From: an archaeon
GTDB taxonomy: Archaea; Nanobdellota; Nanobdellia; Woesearchaeales; GW2011-AR9
Assembly: GCA_018697095.1 (NCBI GenBank)
Contig: JABHSG010000003.1
Location: 356,839-420,838, forward strand
Direction: 5' to 3'
Length of the DNA stretch: 64,000 nucleotides
Shown: positions 38,471 through 48,915 of the stretch, in pieces
Numbering within the stretch: position 1 is the first letter of the stretch
Layout: every line of letters starts with the position of its first letter
The notes under the pieces: generated by a model
What the model was told of the DNA's origin: nothing
What the model saw: the letters and a program-made list of their open reading frames with translations, nothing else
Databases searched by the model: none
Translations under genes and position numbers: made by a program

Positions 38471-38522
38471 TAAGAACTAATAGTTCTTATAAAAAGAATT
38501 GTTGGTAGAAAAAACCGACAAT
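38471..38522. promoter_or_regulatory. two inverted repeats between divergent lipoprotein and TrmB genes (candidate operators)
   Basis: Perfect TAAGAACTA-A-TAGTTCTTA (38471-38489); near-perfect ATTGTTGGT-N7-ACCGACAAT (38498-38522). Confidence 0.55.
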
Positions 38523-38553
38523 ATTAAAAAGATAATCATTAATCATCAACAAA

Positions 38554-39285
38554 ATGGCAACTATCACTATCAATGAAGCTCTGACTTCTTTTGGACTCTC
38601 CCAAAAAGAAACAAAAATCTATCTTGCTTCTTTAGAACTAGGAACTAGTACAGCTAATAATATTGCAAACAAAGCAAAAATCAACCGTTCAACGACATAC
38701 GATATTCTCAAAGACTTTCAAGAAAAAGGTCTTGCCTCAAAAACAACTATTGGTCATACAGCAAATTTTGAAGTGGTGGGTCCAAAGCAGCTTCTTGCAA
38801 AACTTGACGAGAAAAAACATAAACTTAAGGCTGTCCAAGATCAATTAGAGCTCATCCAAAAAAGAACAGCAAATAAACCTACAGTTCAGGTATTTCAAGG
38901 CCACGAGGGTGTAAAAACAATTCTTGAAGATATTTTAAATGCTCAAAAACCAATTGATGTGATTTCAAGTTCCAAAATATTCACTGTCTTCAAATATTAC
39001 TTTCCTCATTATATTGCAAAAAGAAAAAAAATTAAGATCAAAACTAGGGTTTTGCAAGAACCTTCAATTCAAACTCGCGCTTTAAAACGCAAAGATTCAA
39101 GTGAATTACGCAAAACAAGAACTCTAAAAAACTGTGACCTAAACACAGTAACTTTCATTTATTCAAATAAAGTAGCACAAATCAAACTCAACAAAGATGA
39201 TCTGATGGCAACACTTACAACAGACAATACTATTGCAAAAGATCAAAGACAACTCTTTGAGTTCTTATGGAGAAAATCGCGCTAA
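38554..39285 (+). CDS. TrmB family transcriptional regulator
   Basis: FGLSQKE.KIYLASLELG, RSTTYDIL, VFQG.EGVK. Confidence 0.9.
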   Translation: MATITINEALTSFGLSQKETKIYLASLELGTSTANNIANKAKINRSTTYDILKDFQEKGLASKTTIGHTANFEVVGPKQLLAKLDEKKHKLKAVQDQLELIQKRTANKPTVQVFQGHEGVKTILEDILNAQKPIDVISSSKIFTVFKYYFPHYIAKRKKIKIKTRVLQEPSIQTRALKRKDSSELRKTRTLKNCDLNTVTFIYSNKVAQIKLNKDDLMATLTTDNTIAKDQRQLFEFLWRKSR

Positions 39286-39331
39286 TATGACAGGCGCAAG
39301 CTTCTTAAACTAATGTCTCTCAATTTTTCTC

Positions 39332-40099
39332 ATGGCACTAAAATCTAAAATACATGGCGATGACATGCAACTAGTCGAAATAACTCTTGGAGCATCTGAC
39401 AAAGTACGAGCAGAACCTGGCTCCATGCTTTACATGCAATCTCCAATTAAACTTAGTACAAATACTGGTGGCGGACTTTGGAAAGGTTTCAAACGTATGC
39501 TTACTGGTGATCGATTCTTTATCTCTACATTCGAAACAACAAATAATGAATCAGGCATGGTAGCTTTCGCAGCGCCATATCCTGGAAAAATAATTGAATT
39601 AAAAATCAAGTCTAGTAAAAACATGCTCTGTCAACGTGATTCATTTCTGTGCGCAGAAAAATCTGTTGATATTGATATTGCTTTTACAAAACGTTTAGGT
39701 GCTGGCTTTTTTGGTGGCGAAGGATTCATCTTGCAAAAACTAAGTGGCTCTGGAGACGCTTTTATTCATGCAGGTGGAACTGTTATCGAGAAAACCCTAA
39801 AACAAGGAGAAAGTCTTCGAGTTGACACAGGTTCCATTGTAGCTTTTGAAGAGGGAGTTGATTATGACATCAAATTCATCGGCGGGTTCAAGAACGCTTT
39901 ATTCGGTGGCGAAGGGATTTTTCTAGCAACTCTTACTGGTCCTGGGAAAGTCTATTTACAAAGTTTGCCTTTCGCAAGACTTGCTCGTAGAATTGCTATG
40001 GCAACTCATACTCACAAAAACAAAGGTGAATCAAGAGGCGTTGCAGGTCTTGGCAACAGTGTACTAGGCGGCCTTCTGTCCGGCGATGGCAAGATCTAG
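39332..40099 (+). CDS. TIGR00266/AIM24 family protein
   Basis: GDDMQLVE, FAAPYPGKI, GFFGGEGFILQKL, LFGGEG.FLATL.GPG.VYLQSLP. Confidence 0.93.
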   Translation: MALKSKIHGDDMQLVEITLGASDKVRAEPGSMLYMQSPIKLSTNTGGGLWKGFKRMLTGDRFFISTFETTNNESGMVAFAAPYPGKIIELKIKSSKNMLCQRDSFLCAEKSVDIDIAFTKRLGAGFFGGEGFILQKLSGSGDAFIHAGGTVIEKTLKQGESLRVDTGSIVAFEEGVDYDIKFIGGFKNALFGGEGIFLATLTGPGKVYLQSLPFARLARRIAMATHTHKNKGESRGVAGLGNSVLGGLLSGDGKI

Positions 40100-40184
40100 G
40101 TTTAGACCATTTTTCTTTATTTTTTCTTAATATTCTCTTTATTCTCAATAAACTTTTATAAGGGTGCCACAATAATAACTCTCT

Positions 40185-41558
40185 ATGGTTTTAGATAAGC
40201 TAGGTAGTTCCCTTAGAGGAACATTGGACAAGATTAAATCAGCTATCTTTGTAGATGATAAGCTAATCAATGAGCTAGTTAAAGACCTTCAGCGTGCACT
40301 TCTTCAATCAGACACTAACGTTCAATTGGTTTTCAAACTTGGAAAAGCTATCAAAGAGCGTTCCAAAGAAGAAACTCCAAAATCTATCTCCAAGCGTGAC
40401 CATTTAATCAAAATTGTTTATGAAGAACTCACTACATTTTTAGGGGAAGAAACTAGCGAATTAAAAATAGACAAGTCTCCAACTATTCTGATGCTTGTTG
40501 GGCTTTTTGGTGCTGGAAAAACAACAACTGCAGGAAAACTTGCTAATTTTTACAAAAAGCGTGGTAAAAAAGTGGCAGTAGTTCAAACTGACACTTGGCG
40601 TCCAGCGGCGTACGAACAGCTTGAGCAAACAGCCAAATCAATCAATGTAGATTTTTATGGTGATAAAGAAGCTAAAACACCTGAATCTGTTTACAATAAA
40701 TATAAAGTCGCTCTTAAAGAAAAATATGATCTAATTATTGTTGATACTGCCGGGCGAGATGCTTTAAGTGACGAATTAGTAACAGAACTTGAAGCTCTTC
40801 ACACTGCAGTACAAGCTGATGAAAAAATTCTGGTGATCCAAGCAGACTTAGGACAAGCTGCGCAAAAACAAGCTCAGATGTTTCATGATGTTGTGAAAGT
40901 TACTGGGGTTATTGTTACTAAAATTGAAGGTACTGCTAAAGGTGGTGGTGCATTAAGTGCATGTGCAGTAACTGGTGCTCCAATAAAATTCATTGGTGTT
41001 GGAGAAAAAGTTGATGACTTGGAAGTCTTTCATCCAAAACGTTTCGTCGGACAACTTCTTGGTATGGGCGACTTGGAAACTCTTCTTGAAAAAGCTAGTG
41101 AAGCGTTTAAAATGGAAAATGCAGAGGACATGGCTGGCAGATTCATGAAAGGTAATTTTAATCTTAATGATCTTTATGGACAAATGGAATCTATGAAAAA
41201 GATGGGTTCTTTTCAAAAAATAATGGGACTAATCCCTGGGATGAGTAATTTAAAACTTCCAAAAGAAGCACTCGATGTTCAAGAAGGTAAACTCAAAAAA
41301 TGGAAATTCATTATGGACTCTATGACAAATAATGAAAAAGAAAATCCAGATACAATTAATCCAAATAGAATTGATCGAATCGTAGCAGGTTCAGGAACAT
41401 CAACAAGGCAAGTACGTGAACTTCTAAAACAATATCGTCAGTCCAAAAAAATGATGAAAATGATGAAAGGGAGCATGGGCGATATGGCTGGTGGAAAAGC
41501 AGACGATAAAAAGATGCAAAAGATGATGGCAAAGATGCAGCGTAAGATGAAACGATAA
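40185..41558 (+). CDS. srp54: signal recognition particle protein SRP54
   Basis: [26 protein letters not shown], Met-rich M domain. Confidence 0.96.
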   Translation: MVLDKLGSSLRGTLDKIKSAIFVDDKLINELVKDLQRALLQSDTNVQLVFKLGKAIKERSKEETPKSISKRDHLIKIVYEELTTFLGEETSELKIDKSPTILMLVGLFGAGKTTTAGKLANFYKKRGKKVAVVQTDTWRPAAYEQLEQTAKSINVDFYGDKEAKTPESVYNKYKVALKEKYDLIIVDTAGRDALSDELVTELEALHTAVQADEKILVIQADLGQAAQKQAQMFHDVVKVTGVIVTKIEGTAKGGGALSACAVTGAPIKFIGVGEKVDDLEVFHPKRFVGQLLGMGDLETLLEKASEAFKMENAEDMAGRFMKGNFNLNDLYGQMESMKKMGSFQKIMGLIPGMSNLKLPKEALDVQEGKLKKWKFIMDSMTNNEKENPDTINPNRIDRIVAGSGTSTRQVRELLKQYRQSKKMMKMMKGSMGDMAGGKADDKKMQKMMAKMQRKMKR

Positions 41559-41603
41559 CTTTGTTTCTAAAAACATTCAGTATCCAGCTAAAAAAAGTGC
41601 TTT

Positions 41604-42788
41604 CTAATTAATAACTAAACTAACAGAACCATTATCACTAGAACAACTAAGTCTTTCATATGAACATCCGCTCTCTGCTGGGACAATAGTATCATCAAGT
41701 AAAAATTGGTACAAATCAAATTCTCCTTCGAAAGTCACATAAAAATCCGTTCCTTTTGAAAATTCAAATTCATCTGCGCCAAAAGAAGCATCTGCTGCAA
41801 ATGGCATTTTTCCAAGCGCAAGCCCAATTTTTTCTTGTAAGGAATATTCAGCGCCATTTTCTTGTTGGGTAAGTGTTGGTGGACGTCCAGCATAACAACT
41901 AAATACGAAAAATTCTACATCTTCTCTTAATTCACTCAGTGCCAAAAAAATTCCTTCATCCCAAATATCAAAAGAAAGATTTTCTCTTGAAAAAGAAAAA
42001 TTTTCACTAGTTCCAAGGCCTTGTGAAATCCCATCTCCGTGGCCAGCAGTCATAAAGTATCGTGCATTTTTATTCATCCTTAAAACTCTTTCAAGTTCCA
42101 TATCATTTGAAACAAAATAAGTTGCACTTTTTTTTCCAGAAGAAAATTCTCTTTGCCTTTTACGAGAAATACTATTCAAAAAAGCACCATTATAATCATC
42201 AGATGGAAGGATGGAAACAGCATCATATTCATTACCTTCTTTTGGTACCTTGATATTATGTATCAAATAACCAAATATTTCTGAGCCAGTTAATCTCCCT
42301 TCATGAATGGGGCTCTCTGTAGCTGTCAATCTTCCGATTTTGCCACTAAGCGTGTCAAGGCCCATTTCAGAATGTACACAAAGAAAGTATGCTAAGTGCA
42401 TTCCTGTTGGGAAAATAGCATTGTCATAACTATCAACATAACTTGTAAGGACTGTGGCATCTGATGCTTCATTTTCACAATTATACATTGTTCCAATAAA
42501 ATCTGGGTTATCAAACAATTGTGTTCCATCTAAGTCAACAACTGGTGTGAGTTGCGCAATATACTCTAGTGGGATATCTTTTTGTGCAAACTCATATAAT
42601 TCATCATCACTAGAATTAGGAAACAATTCCCTATATGGCTCAAGAAAATCAGGATGAAGTTCATCCATTCCTGTAATTTCGAAAGTTGGTTCTTCATTTA
42701 CAACCTGCGTTTCCAAGTTATCTGAAACATTAGTATAAAGGCCAACACTAAGCAAAATAGCTTCAAGAAAAGAGGGGTGTCTATACAT
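41604..42788 (-). CDS. secreted acidic protein with putative clan-CD (caspase-like) cysteine protease domain
   Basis: Hydrophobic N-terminus; YFMTAGHG and FFVFSCYAG His/Cys dyad-type motifs. Confidence 0.55.
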   Translation of the reverse strand: MYRHPSFLEAILLSVGLYTNVSDNLETQVVNEEPTFEITGMDELHPDFLEPYRELFPNSSDDELYEFAQKDIPLEYIAQLTPVVDLDGTQLFDNPDFIGTMYNCENEASDATVLTSYVDSYDNAIFPTGMHLAYFLCVHSEMGLDTLSGKIGRLTATESPIHEGRLTGSEIFGYLIHNIKVPKEGNEYDAVSILPSDDYNGAFLNSISRKRQREFSSGKKSATYFVSNDMELERVLRMNKNARYFMTAGHGDGISQGLGTSENFSFSRENLSFDIWDEGIFLALSELREDVEFFVFSCYAGRPPTLTQQENGAEYSLQEKIGLALGKMPFAADASFGADEFEFSKGTDFYVTFEGEFDLYQFLLDDTIVPAESGCSYERLSCSSDNGSVSLVIN

Positions 42789-42919
42789 AATCTATTCAGA
42801 ATTAATCTTTATAAAAAGCCCCTGACACATAATACCAAATCTGAAAAATATCAAAAAAGAACTATCTTCTGTACTTTACTTTCCCTCATCTTTTTAAACA
42901 AAAAAAATCACTAATCAAA

Positions 42920-43147
42920 ATGGGTAGTGCAGAACAATCAATCCCTCAAGAAAAACCAACTCGTAGGCTAAGTTATCTTGTAGATTTAGACACTGGTCAA
43001 ACTTTAGATCCTGCTACTCGAAGACAAATTCCAGACCCGATGATCTATAATTTAAATGGAACAAGGCGTGGGGGAACCAGGTCAATTAATGATACAAATC
43101 AACCAGGACTATATTCTATCTCTCCAGGTTCTGCATATCTTTTGTAA
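42920..43147 (+). CDS. small hypothetical protein
   Basis: 75-aa ORF with TATA (TTTTTAAA) about 25 nt upstream. Confidence 0.55.
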   Translation: MGSAEQSIPQEKPTRRLSYLVDLDTGQTLDPATRRQIPDPMIYNLNGTRRGGTRSINDTNQPGLYSISPGSAYLL

Positions 43148-43241
43148 TCAAATACCTTTCTCGCTTCGATACCCGCAAGCTTTGCAATAATTCACCATAA
43201 ACATACCATCTGCATACTTGTGTTGACCTACATGCAATTTC

Positions 43242-43874
43242 TTAGAACACTCTGGACACTTCGTGTTTTCCATTTTCTTTCACCTCAATTAGTGTACCTG
43301 TTTTTCCAACGTTCAGTACACGTGTATTACCAATTTTGTCTTCCATTCCATGAGTTTCATGGATGTGGCCACAAATGTGAATTGCTGGTTGTAACTCTTC
43401 AACTGCCTTGCGAACTCCAGTACTTCCTGGCCACATACCAGCACATAAAATAGAATCCGATGGTTGTACATGACTTACCATAATCTTGTGTTCACAATCA
43501 TCTATTTGGGAATGTGCTTCTTTCAAAGTTTCAAAAAATTCTTTTTCAGTTAATTGGTGGATTCCAACGTCTGCGTATCCACAACCAAAGATCCCTACAT
43601 TGCCTTTTTTGATAACAGAACCATGTAAATGTTTGACATCATAATGTTTGCTTAAAAAATAAGTCTCAGATAAACCTTCGTGGTTTCCTGGCATAATAGC
43701 AACTTCTAATCCTTGTTTTTTGAAAGGTCCAATAATTCCATCAATTCGTCCATCATCATCAGCCAAGTCGCCAGCTAGTACTACTAAGTCAACATTTGCT
43801 TCTTTTCCTCGAACTGCCATCTTTTGAGCAAAGACAACATCGCGGTGCAAGTCTGATAGTGCTAAGATTTTCAT
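43242..43874 (-). CDS. metallophosphoesterase (Icc type)
   Basis: SDLH, AGDL, PGNHE, SH..P, CGHIHE. Confidence 0.92.
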   Translation of the reverse strand: MKILALSDLHRDVVFAQKMAVRGKEANVDLVVLAGDLADDDGRIDGIIGPFKKQGLEVAIMPGNHEGLSETYFLSKHYDVKHLHGSVIKKGNVGIFGCGYADVGIHQLTEKEFFETLKEAHSQIDDCEHKIMVSHVQPSDSILCAGMWPGSTGVRKAVEELQPAIHICGHIHETHGMEDKIGNTRVLNVGKTGTLIEVKENGKHEVSRVF

Positions 43875-43977
43875 AAGCAGTCTAAAAGACAGCTCTATTT
43901 AAAAGAGTTTCCATTAACTACTAGAAAGTAATAAAAACGACCAAATATTTATAACTACAAGGATTAATTACAACTTA

Positions 43978-44808
43978 GTGGCAAGAAACCCAGATTTTAA
44001 AGATCGTGTAAGTAATCTAACAGCTCTAGCTCCATTGGCAATAATGTTTGGAGCTACAGCTATCCCATTGTATTCATCTTCAACGTTCGATCCTATGCCT
44101 GAAACAGCTCTTGAGCAAATTTTAGAATCAAGTTCTGGCGTTGAAATATTTTCAGGTCTTAAAGCAGATAAGCGGGAAAAAATAGTAGCGGCTTATGAAA
44201 GTACAATTAGTCAAACAATGAATTTATGGGAAAATGCACCACAGCAATATGCATTGGCATCTTCTGTTTTTCTTGATTCAAAACCTAAAACAGATTCTAA
44301 TGGAGAATTAATTTTAGCGGGAGTAGATCAAGATACAATGCAGCTATGGGTTTATTGTGAAGAAAAAACAAATGGTTCTTTTGAATGTCCAGGTCCAACT
44401 TATCTTGCACATGAAATTGGTGGACATATTTGGGCTACTAATACTTTTGGTGATGACAAAATTTTTAGTGGATCACCATCTTATCAAGAAAATTCGAAAA
44501 CTGATGACTGCGTTGATAAAATGATTCAAACGGGAGCCGCAACTTGTTACGGGACAAGAAATTTGGATGAAAAAATTGCAGAAGACTTTCGTCTAATTGT
44601 AAATCTTCAAACAAGTCCGACATTTCTCGACAAAAACGAAGTATTAGTTTCTCAAGTAGATACAAAAGTCAAACAAGCTTATCTTCATGATTTAAAAGAA
44701 GGTGTAGATTTATTTCATGAAAATGGCGCAATAAATCAAACTGAATACCAAACAGTAATTGATGCAATGAATCAAAAATCAATCTCTTTTGACGGATATA
44801 TCAATTAA
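43978..44808 (+). CDS. membrane-anchored/secreted zinc metallopeptidase-like protein
   Basis: N-terminal hydrophobic helix; LAHEIGGH plus downstream YG.RN.DE.IAE. Confidence 0.6.
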   Translation: MARNPDFKDRVSNLTALAPLAIMFGATAIPLYSSSTFDPMPETALEQILESSSGVEIFSGLKADKREKIVAAYESTISQTMNLWENAPQQYALASSVFLDSKPKTDSNGELILAGVDQDTMQLWVYCEEKTNGSFECPGPTYLAHEIGGHIWATNTFGDDKIFSGSPSYQENSKTDDCVDKMIQTGAATCYGTRNLDEKIAEDFRLIVNLQTSPTFLDKNEVLVSQVDTKVKQAYLHDLKEGVDLFHENGAINQTEYQTVIDAMNQKSISFDGYIN

Positions 44809-44809
44809 T

Positions 44810-45370
44810 CTATCCACGTAGTTTTAGTTCAAGCATCAAGTCTTCAAGTTTATTCAAACTATATTTGATCCCATCACTTTTCTTACGAAGTTCTCCATTA
44901 CCAAAATTGAATTCTAACATTTTACCATAAATCATTTCAACAGCTTCGCGAATCAAGCCAACAGAATCTTTCTCACCTTTAGAAGCCAAGTATACAGCGC
45001 GGCGAACGAGTTCTCCAGGCAAATCTGCAAGACCAAGTAAGTAATGAACAGAACTAACTCCTTCAATTGCTACGAGTTCACCAGTCTCAACAAAACGTAA
45101 ATACAAAACAGCTTCAACGTATTCTGAGATCGCTGCTTTGTATGATCCTTCAAAACTAAGTCTAGCAGCTCCTAAAGCAATGATATCAAGTTCTCCTCGG
45201 CACTTTTCCATATCAACAAGAAGTCCAGCGGCTTTATCCATTTCGCTTCTATGCACAGCGTAAATCACTAATTTGCTCAATTTAAGCAAATCTCGTCCTT
45301 TTTTGATGAGTTTCTCTCGATTAGCGTCATACGCCAAGAGTTCCTTTTGCATTAGTTCGAAATTAACCAT
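44810..45370 (-). CDS. translin/TRAX family protein
   Basis: RE.LIK..RD..K.SK.VI.AVHR, EYVEA, YLLGLADL.GEL.R, LRKK.D..KY.L.KLE. Confidence 0.9.
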   Translation of the reverse strand: MVNFELMQKELLAYDANREKLIKKGRDLLKLSKLVIYAVHRSEMDKAAGLLVDMEKCRGELDIIALGAARLSFEGSYKAAISEYVEAVLYLRFVETGELVAIEGVSSVHYLLGLADLPGELVRRAVYLASKGEKDSVGLIREAVEMIYGKMLEFNFGNGELRKKSDGIKYSLNKLEDLMLELKLRG

Positions 45371-45493
45371 AAGTCCCTCAAAACCTGTTCTATATTAAAA
45401 ACTCTCCCTCAAAACTGATTTTAAATAGCATTATCCAAAACCTTTATAAAAGAGTGATCGTCAAAGCCATTATTCACACACGAGGTGTATACT

Positions 45494-45721
45494 ATGGAAA
45501 ATCACGCAAGACCACTTGACGCATTAAACGCAGCACGAGGAAAACAAGTTCTAGTGCAACTAAAAAACGGAGCTACAATGACTGGAAAGCTCAAAGCATT
45601 TGATATTCACATTAACACTGTGCTTGATGATGCACAAGAAACTGGAAAAGACGGAGAAAAAAGAACTCTTGGAACTGCATTTTTACGCGGCGACACAATT
45701 GTATTCATCTCTCCAGCATAA
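45494..45721 (+). CDS. Sm-like archaeal protein (Lsm/SmAP)
   Basis: RPLD.L, G.L.AFD.H.N.VL, RGD.IV.ISP; upstream of rpl37e. Confidence 0.95.
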   Translation: MENHARPLDALNAARGKQVLVQLKNGATMTGKLKAFDIHINTVLDDAQETGKDGEKRTLGTAFLRGDTIVFISPA

Positions 45722-45746
45722 GATCATAAATAATAGGTAACTTAAA

Positions 45747-45914
45747 ATGTCAACAGCAAGCATGGGTAAAAAAAGTGGGAAAACATCCCACATTAGTTGT
45801 CGAAGATGTGGTAGTCACACTTATCACATTAGAAAACTAAGATGTTCTAGCTGTGGCTACGGTAATACTGCAACTAAACGTAAGTATAACACCAACAAAA
45901 AGAATACTAAATAA
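45747..45914 (+). CDS. rpl37e: 50S ribosomal protein L37e (missing from ORF track)
   Basis: Hand translation MSTASMGKKSGKTSHISCRRCGSHTYHIRKLRCSSCGYGNTATKRKYNTNKKNTK. Confidence 0.95.
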   Translation: MSTASMGKKSGKTSHISCRRCGSHTYHIRKLRCSSCGYGNTATKRKYNTNKKNTK

Positions 45915-46028
45915 TTATTCTTTTACTTTTTTATTCTCTTAATTTTATTTTCTAACTATTTTTTCTAAACTTCAATTATCCAAAACCATTCATTAACGTT
46001 TTTAAAACAGGGTTGAGTTTGAGATAAA

Positions 46029-46541
46029 ATGTCACTTTTACAAAGATTAACACAAAAAAGAGTTCCCATTGTCCCTGGATCTTCTGAATTTTTAATGCAA
46101 TTAGTTCCTGTTACTGAGAGTCCAAATGATGGTCCATTATCTGAATTATTTCTATATCTAATAAGAAGATTTGAACCAAGGGAAAAAGTTGATAAAGAAG
46201 TAGTAGGGGTCAGAAGAGATTTTTATTTTAATGGAATTGATGCTGGAGGCATAACTCTTAGTGGAGTTATCTCACAAGAAAAAGGCGTGGCACTACTATC
46301 AGTAAGCTGTCCACACGATAATTTTGATCCTGCAAAAAATTTTATCCGGTCATTAATTGCAGGTATTTCTCCTTATGCAAAAATTTGCGTGGATAATGTG
46401 TGGGGGATACAAATTCCACAAATGGCTATTCGTTATGGAGATAATTCTCCTGCTCTTGAAGGAACTGCAGTTACTGGGTATTTTGAAATAACTTCGTTGA
46501 ATCCAAATATTTTTGATTTATCTGGGTCACTTCAACACTAA
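46029..46541 (+). CDS. hypothetical protein
   Basis: 170-aa ORF with own TATA. Confidence 0.7.
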   Translation: MSLLQRLTQKRVPIVPGSSEFLMQLVPVTESPNDGPLSELFLYLIRRFEPREKVDKEVVGVRRDFYFNGIDAGGITLSGVISQEKGVALLSVSCPHDNFDPAKNFIRSLIAGISPYAKICVDNVWGIQIPQMAIRYGDNSPALEGTAVTGYFEITSLNPNIFDLSGSLQH

Positions 46542-46559
46542 CTATTTTTATTTTGGAAT

Positions 46560-47471
46560 TTATTTTTTAGAACTCTTCTTTCTTCTTTTCAATTCTTTAA
46601 CAATAATTCCACTCACGTCAATTTTGTTACTTGGATGTACAATTGTATTGCAACTAATCACTTCAGTAAGTTTTCCACTTCTCTTCAATTTAGAAATAGC
46701 ATTTTCAGCAAATAAACCATGGACTCCAATGCAACGTACTGTTTTAGCTCCAAGACTCCAAGACTTTTTTGCAGCCTCAATTACTGTGTGTCCCGTACTA
46801 ATGATATCGTCAACAATCACGACATTTTTACCTTTCATATCAACTTGTTTCATCATTTTAACTTTAACATTACGACTAGAATAACGAGTCTTCTCAAACA
46901 CAGTACACTCACTGCCACATATTGATGCTACCTCACGTGCCCATTGGAATGATTCCCAGTCAGGTCCAACCACAACAACATTTCTAAACTTCTTTTTTAC
47001 ATACTCTCCAATAAGTGGATTCGCTGAGATAGCACGAGCATCCATAGAACCAAACAAATCTTTCATCCTACGTACACGATGTAAATGAGGATCAACTGTA
47101 ATTAATTTATCAACACAAACGCCCAATACTTTAGCCATGACTCGTGCAGATATAACTTCGCCTGGATTAAACATTTTGTCTTGGCGCATGTACGCTAAAT
47201 ATGGTGCAACTAATGTAACTGATTTTGCACCTAGTTGTTTTGCTCCAAGTGCTGCAAATTGGATTAAACTCAAAGATTTTTGAGGATTAGGCTGAAACGA
47301 TTGCACAAGAATAACTTCTTGGCGACGTACGTCTCCAAGATAACGCATAAGCATATCTCTATCTGGAAAAGCGCCAACCTTAACGCGCACAACTTTGCAC
47401 TTACTTCCAAGCCCACGAGCTATACGAGAGGCGAGTAAAGAAGAATTACCAAGACTTACAACAACTACCAT
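46560..47471 (-). CDS. prs: ribose-phosphate pyrophosphokinase
   Basis: FPD, PYLAYMRQDK, VDPHL, GPD, VIVDDIISTGHT, VHGLF. Confidence 0.95.
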   Translation of the reverse strand: MVVVVSLGNSSLLASRIARGLGSKCKVVRVKVGAFPDRDMLMRYLGDVRRQEVILVQSFQPNPQKSLSLIQFAALGAKQLGAKSVTLVAPYLAYMRQDKMFNPGEVISARVMAKVLGVCVDKLITVDPHLHRVRRMKDLFGSMDARAISANPLIGEYVKKKFRNVVVVGPDWESFQWAREVASICGSECTVFEKTRYSSRNVKVKMMKQVDMKGKNVVIVDDIISTGHTVIEAAKKSWSLGAKTVRCIGVHGLFAENAISKLKRSGKLTEVISCNTIVHPSNKIDVSGIIVKELKRRKKSSKK

Positions 47472-47516
47472 CAAAGAAAAACAAAAGAAACGCCCTTATT
47501 AAATTTGCTAATAAAA

Positions 47517-48281
47517 TCAATTGCCATCTACTGCATTAAGTGCAACTACGTAACCTGAATCAGTTGGCAGACCACCACCAACAGGGAATTTATATGCAAA
47601 AGATTCTGACCCATCAGCTGGTGCATATTGCATTGTGAGTCCTTGCCTCATTCCAGATTCTTGCCTTACTTCTCTGAATCTAGTAATTACATCGTATCTT
47701 TTTTCAGACACTTGTCCTTTATCTACAATCACGGTCAACTTATGTGCCTGGTCTAATCTTTCATTTGGATTACAAAGAAGTGCCAATCTTGCAATGTTTT
47801 GCACGGAATCAGATTTGCCGCCGCACTGCCTGTTCGCTGGGTATTTTGAAGTTAAAGCGTCAACTAATTTTTGATAACTATTTATATCACTTGGGACATC
47901 TCCAGAACAGTTGTCATAATCAATACTTCCATCAACATGTCTGTCCGATAAACTACAATTCCAACCACTTCCTCTCAATTGAAATTCCAAGCTTGATGGG
48001 TTATCATATCCAAATCCAAGTGTACTTGTAACAGAACCACTATAACTACCCTCATCTCCTCTTAAAACAAAACTTCTCCTGTGCGAGAGCATCCCAGAAG
48101 AAACAGTAGATTTAGAACCAGAAAGTCCTATTTTGTATACAGAACTAACATCATTCATTGAAGCTACTCGTGAGTTATCAGAACTACTAGTATTTGAAGC
48201 ACCAACATATTCAATCTCTGGTGCAGCACTAGCACCACCACTAGCTAAACCAACCAGCATCGCAAACAACATCCTTCTCAT
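47517..48281 (-). CDS. secreted hypothetical protein
   Basis: Signal peptide MRRMLFAMLVGLASGGASA; two Cys pairs. Confidence 0.75.
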   Translation of the reverse strand: MRRMLFAMLVGLASGGASAAPEIEYVGASNTSSSDNSRVASMNDVSSVYKIGLSGSKSTVSSGMLSHRRSFVLRGDEGSYSGSVTSTLGFGYDNPSSLEFQLRGSGWNCSLSDRHVDGSIDYDNCSGDVPSDINSYQKLVDALTSKYPANRQCGGKSDSVQNIARLALLCNPNERLDQAHKLTVIVDKGQVSEKRYDVITRFREVRQESGMRQGLTMQYAPADGSESFAYKFPVGGGLPTDSGYVVALNAVDGN

Positions 48282-48299
48282 TATTTTATCTCTTTAATC

Positions 48300-48797
48300 T
48301 CACATAGCTCTATTCACAATATCATAACATCTCAAAGCATCAAGATTACTTGCTACTCGATACATCCTTTGCTCAGCATTAGTCGTCTCACCACTACATG
48401 AATCTGGGTTCCAATATTTTCCACTACAAACAATATCTAATTTTCCATCATGATCAGTATCTTTGAAGGATCGAACTTTTTCCCAAGGTCCTTTAACAAC
48501 TAAAAATGAATCACTTGGTTCAAACTCACCACCTTTCATTTTTCCATTAACAACTAAGCCATAATTAAAAGAGACAGAACTTGAATCAAGTGGACAGTAA
48601 AGGTGCGTGGGGGCATATCTAGGTGCATCAGCACTAGTTCCTTCAACCTGGCCATCTTGTTCCAAATCATGATCTATTAGCAAATGTCTAAATCCTTCTT
48701 TTGGAGCTTCATATTTAACTACAGTTTTATCCAAATCATTCGCATTAGCAGTACCAACGCCTAAAGATGCCATTAAAATTAAAGAAACAAGACTCAT
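48300..48797 (-). CDS. secreted hypothetical protein
   Basis: Signal peptide ending ANA; DTDHDGKLD loop; four Cys. Confidence 0.75.
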   Translation of the reverse strand: MSLVSLILMASLGVGTANANDLDKTVVKYEAPKEGFRHLLIDHDLEQDGQVEGTSADAPRYAPTHLYCPLDSSSVSFNYGLVVNGKMKGGEFEPSDSFLVVKGPWEKVRSFKDTDHDGKLDIVCSGKYWNPDSCSGETTNAEQRMYRVASNLDALRCYDIVNRAM

Positions 48798-48915
48798 ACA
48801 AAATAAGTAAACACCAATTTACTAAAAGGCTCTGACACATTTTACTCTAATAGGCCCATCAACCTTAATTATCTGAGCAGCACTTTTAAATAAGAAAAGT
48901 CAAAAACCACTCATT

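Noticed and set aside
37970-39300. Integrated element at the tRNA-Arg 3' end
   Set aside because: No integrase, and no duplicate of the tRNA 3' end noticed in the window.
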